Part shown: in pieces, positions 1 to 6,520 of the stretch
Layout: the number at the start of each line of letters is the position of its first letter
Position numbering within the stretch: position 1 is the first letter of the stretch
Assembly: GCA_037441385.1 (NCBI GenBank)
Contig: JBBISH010000129.1
Coordinates: 1 to 16,897 of the forward strand
Direction of reading: 5' to 3'
Origin: Myxococcales bacterium
GTDB taxonomy: Bacteria; Myxococcota_A; UBA9042
Length of the DNA stretch: 16,897 nucleotides
Made by a program: the position numbers and the translations under genes
Notes under the pieces: model-generated
Seen by the model: only the letters and a program-made list of their open reading frames with translations
What the model was told of the DNA's origin: nothing
The model's database searches: none

Positions 1-932
1 GCACCAACTTTGCGGTGTCGAATCAAACCTGCGGCGCGGGCAATCAGGTCGTGGGCATCGACGCCGCCGGCAAGGTCACCTGCGCGGCCGAAAAGGATAC
101 CACCTACAGCGGCGCCAACTTCGTGATCTCGAACCAGGGCTGCCCGGGCGGCCAGTACGTCAGCGGCTTCAACGCCAGCGGCGGCGTGAGCTGCGCGCTG
201 GACACCAACACGCTCTACTCGGGCACCAACTTTGCCACCTCGAACCAGGCCTGCGCGCCCGGCCAGCACGTGCTCGGCATCAGCGCGACCGGCGCGGTGA
301 CCTGCACTGCCGACGCCAACTCGGGCGGTACGGTCACGTCGATCACCGCCGGCACCGGCCTGAGCGGCGGCACCATCTCGACCAGCGGCACGATCGCGGC
401 GGATACCTCCTACCTGGCCACCCTGGGCACGGCGCAGACCTTCACGGCGGCCAAGACCTTCAATCTCAACACGTTGACCACGACCGGCATCTACTACCTC
501 AACAGCGGCAGCAGCAACTTCACGGTCGCCGGCTCCAAGTACGTGGTCGGCCAGACCAACGCCGCTGGCTACCAATACACCAAAGCGTTGGATACGCCCA
601 CGTTGGCCAACCTGTGCGGCGATCCCGACGGCTGCTTTGTCACCATCGCCATGTACAACTGGGACGGCACCGGCGAGACGGCCTCGCGCGGCCCGTACAA
701 GTGGTTCTACAACACCAGCAACAACCGCTGGCGCTTGAGCGACACCGACTCTGCGGGGATCGACGGCAACGGCGCGACCCAGCACATCATCAACGCCTGG
801 TCCTGCTACTTTACCGATAGCTTCTACGTCGCTGGCACGGATAGCAACGACACGGCGCTGGGCTTTGGCCTGCTCAATTGGAACCAGTACCCGGCGTCGA
901 CCACTGAGTGTCGCCTCATTTTCGAGGACTGA
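1..932 (+). CDS. 5'-truncated extracellular fibre/adhesin-like protein: 37-aa Cys-pair repeats, fibre-type motifs and a C-terminal globular domain
   Basis: The frame is open from nt 3 (TNFAVSNQTC), so the true start lies upstream of the window and GTG 15 is internal. Three 37-aa repeats are followed by GTVTSITAGTGLSGGTISTSGTI and AQTFTAAKTF, motifs typical of tail-fibre-like proteins. Stop TGA at 930-932. Confidence 0.75.
   Translation, partial: TNFAVSNQTCGAGNQVVGIDAAGKVTCAAEKDTTYSGANFVISNQGCPGGQYVSGFNASGGVSCALDTNTLYSGTNFATSNQACAPGQHVLGISATGAVTCTADANSGGTVTSITAGTGLSGGTISTSGTIAADTSYLATLGTAQTFTAAKTFNLNTLTTTGIYYLNSGSSNFTVAGSKYVVGQTNAAGYQYTKALDTPTLANLCGDPDGCFVTIAMYNWDGTGETASRGPYKWFYNTSNNRWRLSDTDSAGIDGNGATQHIINAWSCYFTDSFYVAGTDSNDTALGFGLLNWNQYPASTTECRLIFED
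3..320 (+). repeat. Intragenic tandem repeat, 111-nt/37-aa period, about 3 copies visible (G[TA]NFxxSNQxCxxGxxVxGxxAxGxVxC)
   Basis: Equivalent codons fall at nt 3, 114 and 225, exactly 111 nt apart. Each unit has two Cys. Confidence 0.9.
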
Positions 933-968
933 TATGCACCCCACCTGATTCACGCCTGTACGGTCTTC

Positions 969-995
969 TTGACTTGTCGCGCAACTGGCTAGAAT
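969..995 (+). promoter_or_regulatory. Sigma70-like promoter TTGACT-N15-TAGAAT in a convergent intergenic region
   Basis: Both hexamers match consensus at 5/6 in GC-rich DNA. The 15-nt spacer is short, and no credible + strand CDS follows. Confidence 0.35.
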
Positions 996-997
996 CA

Positions 998-1075
998 GAC
1001 CGGGATCCCGGTTCGGGCCGGAAGAATGGCCGGGTTCTCCGAGCCGATTCAGGCGGATTCCGTCTGATCCTGGTC
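998..1075 (+). ncRNA. Candidate structured RNA (three-way junction) or complex terminator
   Basis: Hand-derived stems: 998-1007/1066-1075 (10 bp), 1009-1016/1039-1046 (8 bp), 1051-1056/1060-1065 (6 bp). Each contains one G-U pair that works only on the + strand. Confidence 0.3.
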
Positions 1076-1100
1076 CCCGCCCGCGACTGGAGCATCGCGC

Positions 1101-2141
1101 CTACAAACAACCCTGCTTTTGCGCGCAGTTGTAGATGTTCAGCAGCGCGGGATCCACGTTGGTACCGGCCGGCACGCATCCCTGCAGGCACTGGTAGCTG
1201 TTGGAGCATTTCTGAGCACAGTTCCATACTTGCGAGCAGACCGTGTTGGCAAGGCACGCGGCGAGCTCGTTGGGGCAGCTCTGCTTGACGCACGTGGTGG
1301 TGTCTTGCTTGCAGTCCTTTTGGCAGTAGAACTGCTCGCCCAGGTCGCATTTGCCGTCGCCGCACACCCAAAGTCCGCTGTTCTTGCAGTCCTTGGCGCA
1401 GTTGGTGGCGGTCTCTAGGCCTTCGCACTTGCCGTCGCCGCACACGGGGCCGGGGCAATCGACCGCGCAATAGAACTGCTCGCCGATGTCGCACTTGCCA
1501 TCGCCGCAGGTCCAGGTGTTTGGGCCGCCCTTGCAGTCCGCTGGGCAGGTGGCCGTCGACTCGCCCGCGTCGCAGGTGCCGTTGCCGCAGGTTGGGCCGG
1601 TGCTCGTGTCGCTGGGCGGTGGGACGTCGGGCGCCACAGGCACATCGGCTGGCGGGGCGACGTCGGGCTGGGTCGTGTCGACCGGTGCGGTATCCACCAG
1701 TTGTGCGTCCGCGGGTGAGGCCCCATCCGGTGCGGCGTCGGCGGCCACGTCGGGCGGGCCGCTGTCGATGGCAACAGTTGCGTCGGGCCCGGCGGAGTCC
1801 GCAGAAGTCGCGTCGATGGCAGAGGAATCTGCGACAGTCGTGTCTGTGGATGCGGTCTCGGGCGCGGTGGTGTCGGCGGTCTGGCTGTCGGCCGGAAGTG
1901 CGTCGGCCGGAAGTGCGTCGGCCGGCGCGGCGGTGTCGTCGCCTGCAGTTGCGTCGAGCGTCGCGGCGCTGCCATCGCCGGGGTCGGTCGCCGAATCGGA
2001 CCCCAGGACAGCGTCGCCGCCCGCGTCATCGCCGCCCGCACTGCCGAAACTCAGCGAGGGGCTCACCGCGGCGTCGGAACAGGCGGCCAGGCCCGCCATG
2101 GCTATGACCACCCACACCAGCCTGCAGCATCGCGCGGTCAT
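1101..2141 (-). CDS. Cys-rich lipoprotein (346 aa): lipobox, Asp/Ala/Pro/Thr linker, four CG[DN]GxC repeats, C-terminal 10-Cys domain
   Basis: ATG at 2141 gives MTARCCRLVWVVIAMAGLAAC (lipobox LAAC). A long low-complexity linker is followed by CGNGTCDAGESTATCPADC-type repeats. The ORF-track extension to 2252 looks non-coding. Confidence 0.8.
   Translation of the reverse strand: MTARCCRLVWVVIAMAGLAACSDAAVSPSLSFGSAGGDDAGGDAVLGSDSATDPGDGSAATLDATAGDDTAAPADALPADALPADSQTADTTAPETASTDTTVADSSAIDATSADSAGPDATVAIDSGPPDVAADAAPDGASPADAQLVDTAPVDTTQPDVAPPADVPVAPDVPPPSDTSTGPTCGNGTCDAGESTATCPADCKGGPNTWTCGDGKCDIGEQFYCAVDCPGPVCGDGKCEGLETATNCAKDCKNSGLWVCGDGKCDLGEQFYCQKDCKQDTTTCVKQSCPNELAACLANTVCSQVWNCAQKCSNSYQCLQGCVPAGTNVDPALLNIYNCAQKQGCL
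1311..1589 (-). repeat. Four Cys-rich repeats CG[DN]GxCxxxEx3-4CxxxC in an alternating A-B-A-B pattern
   Basis: CGNGTCDAGESTATCPADC / CGDGKCDIGEQFYCAVDC / CGDGKCEGLETATNCAKDC / CGDGKCDLGEQFYCQKDC. Confidence 0.85.
1887..1925. repeat. Perfect 15-nt tandem repeat (GTCGGCCGGAAGTGC x2.6) encoding PADAL-PADAL-PAD in the linker
   Basis: Read directly; units start at 1887, 1902 and 1917. Confidence 0.9.
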
Positions 2142-2288
2142 CGGCGCCCTTTTTCGTTCTGCGCCAGCGTGCGGCGCCCCTACACTATGCCGCCTGCCGG
2201 CCCAAGCCTCAAGAAGCCCAGCGGAGGTGACGCTAATTACGCAAAAGGACACAGCTACTCCGAGCCGCGGCCGGTCTTGGGACCAGCA

Positions 2289-2316
2289 TTGCCACTCGGG
2301 CGAGCGGTGGTATGCT
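2289..2316 (+). promoter_or_regulatory. Sigma70-like promoter TTGCCA-N16-TATGCT with extended -10 (TGg) for the 2334/2903 gene pair
   Basis: -35 at 2289-2294, TG at 2308-2309, -10 at 2311-2316, then GGAGG RBS at 2323-2327 before ATG 2334. Confidence 0.5.
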
Positions 2317-2333
2317 GAAGTGGGAGGTCAGCC

Positions 2334-2906
2334 ATGCGTGCGACGGACCGACGGCGATTTTTCAGGGTTCTCTTGGCCCTGGGCGGTTTGCAGTGCGCGC
2401 TCGCCGGTTCCGGTGGCGCGGCAGCTTGGGCGGCGGGGGCACCAGCGGGCGGCGTCACGGGCCGGTTCGCCGCGCCCCAGGGCTGGTCGGTCGCAATACC
2501 ATCTGGAATGTTTGGATATTGGCGGCCGTTGGCCGGGCCGGTCGCCAGTGGCCAACTGGCCGCGAGCTTGGTGGTGGCCCAAGACGGCGCCGAGGTCGTG
2601 CGGCTGGACTTGTACGCTGCGGCAGATGCCCGAACCCCGCGCCAATGGGCCGAAAACGACGCTGCACCGTGGCTGGCCGGGGGCCGCGGCAGCGCGGTGG
2701 CGGCGACGCGCCAGCGACTCCCGGCGTGGCAGGTTGACCTGGACAAAACTTCGCAGCGCTTTGCGCAACGGCATGTCCTGGTGAGATTGGGCAATCAGAT
2801 GGCGCACTTGGTTTGCCAAGTCGGCGCGGGGAATGCCGTCGCCGTAGCTTGTGCGGCCATGGCCGACGACCTGCAACCGCCCGCCGGCAAGGCGAGGCAG
2901 CCATGA
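2334..2906 (+). CDS. Exported hypothetical protein (190 aa), possible Tat signal, possibly PsbP/DcrB-like fold
   Basis: Strong GGAGG RBS. DRRRFF is followed by a hydrophobic stretch and an AxA site. FAAPQGW motif. The stop overlaps the next start (ATGA, 2903-2906). Confidence 0.65.
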   Translation: MRATDRRRFFRVLLALGGLQCALAGSGGAAAWAAGAPAGGVTGRFAAPQGWSVAIPSGMFGYWRPLAGPVASGQLAASLVVAQDGAEVVRLDLYAAADARTPRQWAENDAAPWLAGGRGSAVAATRQRLPAWQVDLDKTSQRFAQRHVLVRLGNQMAHLVCQVGAGNAVAVACAAMADDLQPPAGKARQP

Positions 2907-5656
2907 GCGCGCGCCGGCGGATCGCCTTGGCGTTGTGCGCCGCGGCGTGGCTGTTGGCCGCTGCGCCGGCCTGGGCTGTGTACCAGTGCGGCAACGTCAA
3001 AGACGACTGCCAGTGCGGCTCGAACAACCCGTATCCATGCTGCGACAACGGCAGCAATTGCACGTGGTGGGCCTGGGAAGCCGCGTGCTGCCACTGGGGC
3101 GTAGGGCTGCCCGGCTGGGGCAACGCCAATACCTGGGCCAGTTACGCCAGCAAAAACGGTAACTACCAAGTCCTCGCCAACCCGGTGCCCGGCTCGATCG
3201 CCACCAGCACCAAGGGCGGCTATGGCCATGTCGCCTGGGTCGAGTCGGTCAACGGCAACAAGATCACCGTTAGCGAGATGAATTGCTGCGGTTCGTGCCC
3301 CTACGGCAAGCGCATCTGGAACTACGACAAGAGCTACTTCAACTCGGGCTTTGTGGTCAAAAAAGGCCTGCCGCCGCCTGGACCCGTGTGCCCCAACGGC
3401 CAGTGCGAAGGCGGCGAGAACTGCGCGACCTGCCCCCAGGACTGCGGAGGGTGCTGCGGCAACGGCGCCTGCGACAACGGCGAGAACTGTTCGAGCTGCC
3501 CCAAGGACTGCGGCGGCTGCTGCGGCAACGGCGCCTGCGATTTTGGCGAGAACTGCAGCACCTGCAGCAAGGACTGCGTGTGCTTGCCGCAAGGCGCGCT
3601 GGAAAAGGCCACTTGTACGCAGATTTCGGGGTGGGCCAAAGACCCCGACACCGCCGCGCCGGTGCCCGTTACGCTGATGGACGCGGGCAAGTCGCTGGCT
3701 TCGGGCAAGGCCGACCTGCCGCACCCCAGCCACGACGGCTACGGCTTCTGGTGGGTCACGCCCAAGTCACTGAAAGACAACACGGTTCACTCGGTCAGCG
3801 TTCAGGCGGCCGACGATGCGCACCCGCAGCTGGCGACGCTGGGGCCCTCGGAATTCATCTGCAACAACGGCCCGTTGCCCAGCGACGCCTGGCAGACCGA
3901 GCAGCAGGACCACGCGGGCTGCGGCGTGCAGGTGCCCGACGCCGATGGCTGGGTGGTGCGCCACGAGCATCAGGCCGGTTTCAAGCTGCCGCTGGCTGGC
4001 GTGTTGAGCTCGTGCCTGACGCCCCTGCCGGGCGGTTTTGTAGAAGGTTTTGCCGAACTGAGCTGGAGTTTTGGCGCCATGCCCTTTGCCGCGGCGATGC
4101 GCCTGGACGGGGCGCACCTTGGCAACTGGACCGGGCAAGGTCAGACGCGCGTGGAGTTTGGGCCGGGGAACACGCTGTGCCTGGACACGTTGACCCTGCA
4201 AGAAGTGCCCGTCGGGGTTGCCACCGAGTCGCAGCTGGGACCCGTGTGGGTGCGGCAAGGGCCGTGGTGGTGGGTGGCGACCAGCCACGAGCGCGGTTGG
4301 CGGGGCGCGGCTATCCCGCCCGATGGCTTGGAATTTACTGCAGATTCCGAGGTTGCTGGCGGTCTGCGCGCGACCCTGGGCGTGGGGCAGCCCTATGACC
4401 AGCTGACTTGGGACGTAAACGAGCTGAAGCTGCCGCAGGGCGGCACGGTGCACCTGCGCACGGGCACCTACGAGATGGCCGTCGTGGAACGTGGTCTTTA
4501 CGATTTCAAGGGGTTGTGGGGTCAAGAGCTGGCCGTGCAGGTGGCCGTGCCGGTGCCAACCGCCGCTGGCTCAGATGTACAGGTGCGGCTGAGCCACGTG
4601 CGCGTTCGGCAGAATGTAGAGCGCAAGCAAGGACCTTGGACCATCACCCAAGTGGGGAGCTATGGCCTGTACGCCGACGCTTCGCCCACCGCCACGCTGC
4701 CTGGTCTGGACTTGGCACTGCTGCACCGCGACGCGGCGTGGTGGACGACCGGTCAACTGCGGGCGACCGCGCATGTCACCCACGACCAGATCGACGCGTT
4801 CAAGGCGCGCCTGGCGGGCAACCTGGCCGAGCCGGGCTTGGAAGTTCGCCTGGAGGCGGCTGGCGTTGCGGTGTGGCAGCTGGCCGGGGGCAGCCCAGTG
4901 CCGCCGATCTTGGAGGTCAACTTGCCGCGGCCGGCCACCGACGGCACGCTGGTCTGGACCATCCAGGCGCTGCAGGACCGCTGGCACGGCCAAGACGGGA
5001 TGGTGCGGCTGTACGGACTGGAGTGGCGATCGCGCGGCTGGTGGACAGTGCCCAGCTTTGACGTGCAGGGCTGGCGCGATCGGCGGTTGCCGGGCGGCGG
5101 CGCACGCATCGACGCGGGAGCGCTGGTCCTGGCGGGGCAACTGGCGGTGCGGGCACCGCTGCCGTTCGAGGCCAAGGGGGTGCGGATGCACTACGCCCAA
5201 GACCTGCGGCCCATCGAGGCAGAGGCCGAAATCCGCTTTGGCGGCAAGCTGGTCCACACCGTCCACGCCGTGGGCCCCTACGAGCGCGACCTGGACCTGC
5301 CGGGGCCGGCGACTGAAGTCACTCTGCAGGTGGTGACCAACGGCGACTTGGTGGGTCTGGCCGACGCGACCACGCCCACCGACGCCGAAAGCCCGCGCTG
5401 GGTCGAGGTGAGCAACGTGGAAGTGCAGGCGCCCGATGGCCAATGGCTCAAGCTGGAGCACCTGGAAGGCTGGTCAGCCAAGGCGCTGGGGGCCGACGCG
5501 AGCGGGACGGCGGCCCCCAGCAACAACCACTCGGGCGCCCGGGACGAGGGCTGCTCGAGCGCGCCCACCGGCTCGGCCGGGACCCTTTTTGCTGCGTTGG
5601 CGGGCGTTTGGACGGCGGTGGTGTTGCGGCGGCGTGACAATCGCCGTTGCATCTGA
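2903..5656 (+). CDS. Surface-anchored CHAP-domain (cysteine/histidine amidohydrolase/peptidase) protein, 917 aa, with Cys-rich repeats and a MYXO-CTERM-like tail
   Basis: Signal peptide ending AWA. CHAP motifs NCTWWAW, WGNANTW, YGHVAWVESVNG and ITVSEMN. Three CGNGxC repeats and a GWAKDPD module follow. The C-terminus is GCSSA, a hydrophobic helix and RRR. Confidence 0.85.
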   Translation: MSARRRIALALCAAAWLLAAAPAWAVYQCGNVKDDCQCGSNNPYPCCDNGSNCTWWAWEAACCHWGVGLPGWGNANTWASYASKNGNYQVLANPVPGSIATSTKGGYGHVAWVESVNGNKITVSEMNCCGSCPYGKRIWNYDKSYFNSGFVVKKGLPPPGPVCPNGQCEGGENCATCPQDCGGCCGNGACDNGENCSSCPKDCGGCCGNGACDFGENCSTCSKDCVCLPQGALEKATCTQISGWAKDPDTAAPVPVTLMDAGKSLASGKADLPHPSHDGYGFWWVTPKSLKDNTVHSVSVQAADDAHPQLATLGPSEFICNNGPLPSDAWQTEQQDHAGCGVQVPDADGWVVRHEHQAGFKLPLAGVLSSCLTPLPGGFVEGFAELSWSFGAMPFAAAMRLDGAHLGNWTGQGQTRVEFGPGNTLCLDTLTLQEVPVGVATESQLGPVWVRQGPWWWVATSHERGWRGAAIPPDGLEFTADSEVAGGLRATLGVGQPYDQLTWDVNELKLPQGGTVHLRTGTYEMAVVERGLYDFKGLWGQELAVQVAVPVPTAAGSDVQVRLSHVRVRQNVERKQGPWTITQVGSYGLYADASPTATLPGLDLALLHRDAAWWTTGQLRATAHVTHDQIDAFKARLAGNLAEPGLEVRLEAAGVAVWQLAGGSPVPPILEVNLPRPATDGTLVWTIQALQDRWHGQDGMVRLYGLEWRSRGWWTVPSFDVQGWRDRRLPGGGARIDAGALVLAGQLAVRAPLPFEAKGVRMHYAQDLRPIEAEAEIRFGGKLVHTVHAVGPYERDLDLPGPATEVTLQVVTNGDLVGLADATTPTDAESPRWVEVSNVEVQAPDGQWLKLEHLEGWSAKALGADASGTAAPSNNHSGARDEGCSSAPTGSAGTLFAALAGVWTAVVLRRRDNRRCI
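3389..3577 (+). repeat. Three 22-aa (66-nt) Cys-rich repeats C[PG]NGxCxxGENCxxCxxDC(GGC)
   Basis: Units start at 3389, 3455 and 3521. Confidence 0.9.
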
Positions 5657-5675
5657 AAATGAAAATCATTATCAT
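5647..5675 (+). promoter_or_regulatory. Sigma70 promoter TTGCAT-N17-TATCAT overlapped by a Fur box (5655-5673)
   Basis: GAAAATGAAAATCATTATC matches the Fur consensus GATAATGATAATCATTATC at 17/19. It is an AT-rich island covering the spacer and -10, about 40 nt upstream of the barrel gene. Confidence 0.8.
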
Positions 5676-5713
5676 CTTGGCCGTCGCCCGCTCCGGGTGC
5701 TCGGCGAGTTGTG

Positions 5714-6517
5714 ATGAAGCCCCTGTCTCTGTTGACGAAAGTTGCGCTGGCCGCCATCGGTGTGGGGCTGCCGCAGGCCGCCTGGGCCATCGACCGCCAC
5801 GAGGTGCAGGTCTACGAAGATGACCTGAACGACCCCGGCCAATTCGCCTTTGAGCTGCACAGCAACTACGCCATCGGCGGCCGCAAGACGCCCGAGTACC
5901 CGGGGGAATTGGCGCCCCGCGGCGTGGCGCGCTTTACGCTGGAGCCGGCCTACGGTCTGAGCGAAAACGTGGAGCTGGGGGCCTACCTGCAGATGGCCGT
6001 GGGGCCTGACGCCCAGGCGCGCTGGGCCGGCGCCAAGGTGCGGGTCAAGCTGCGTGCGCCGCAAAAGCGCTGGAATCTTCCGGTATTTCTTGGGCTGAAC
6101 ATCGAGATCGGCGCTGTGCCCAAGGCCGTGGAGCAAGAAGGCTGGGCCAACGAGTTCCGGCCGTACGTGGGCTGGCGCAATCAGTGGTTGTTGTTGGCGT
6201 TCAACCCGATTTTCGGCTACGCCTTGTCGGGCAAGGACGCCTTCAAACCGGACCTTGAGCCGGCCGGCAAGGTCAGCGTGGACACCCAGCACGGCGTGGC
6301 GGTGGGCGTGGAGTACTACGCGGGCATTGGGCCGATTGGCTCGACTTTGCTGCCGATCGCGCAGCAAGAACACTTGCTGATGGGCGTGCTGGACCTGGCG
6401 GTGCCCGAGGGCTCGGCGCTGTCGGCTTGGGAAGTCAACGTGGCGGTGGGCAAATCGCTGACGCAGGCCCTGGGCGAGGACTGGCTGGTCAAGACCATCA
6501 TCGGCCGGTCGTTCTAG
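5714..6517 (+). CDS. Putative small outer-membrane beta-barrel protein, probably iron/metal-regulated
   Basis: Signal peptide ending AWA, alternating hydrophobic beta-strand pattern, C-terminal Phe (KTIIGRSF) typical of BAM substrates, N-terminal HEVQVY/ELHSNY. Start is GTG 5711 or ATG 5714. Confidence 0.7.
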   Translation: MKPLSLLTKVALAAIGVGLPQAAWAIDRHEVQVYEDDLNDPGQFAFELHSNYAIGGRKTPEYPGELAPRGVARFTLEPAYGLSENVELGAYLQMAVGPDAQARWAGAKVRVKLRAPQKRWNLPVFLGLNIEIGAVPKAVEQEGWANEFRPYVGWRNQWLLLAFNPIFGYALSGKDAFKPDLEPAGKVSVDTQHGVAVGVEYYAGIGPIGSTLLPIAQQEHLLMGVLDLAVPEGSALSAWEVNVAVGKSLTQALGEDWLVKTIIGRSF

Positions 6518-6520
6518 CCA

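Noticed and set aside
1..932. Prophage tail fibre indicating a prophage
   Set aside because: No phage structural, lysis or integrase genes lie downstream in the window. The upstream context is not visible, so this is not fully excluded.
1011..1032. Resemblance of TCGGGCCGGAAG to the SRP (4.5S) RNA loop, or of the region to a tRNA
   Set aside because: It lacks the GGAA-closing stem and AGCAG motif of SRP RNA. No T-loop GTTCRA in the right place and no cloverleaf.
1486..2784. 432-aa Ser/Ala-rich + strand ORF
   Set aside because: It is the antisense mirror of the lipoprotein linker and runs across a divergent promoter region.
2813..2902. ORF-track upstream extensions (starts at 2813, 2252, 8083, 7791, 8402, 12230, 12481)
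   Set aside because: Downstream starts give proper signal peptides, RBSs or ATGA coupling. The extensions overlap neighbouring genes or promoter regions.
1311..3577. Cys-rich and 15-nt repeats as a CRISPR array or as heme/Fe-S motifs
   Set aside because: The repeats are in-frame coding units without unique spacers, no cas genes are present, and there is no CxxCH. They lie in exported proteins and are more likely disulfide-bonded.
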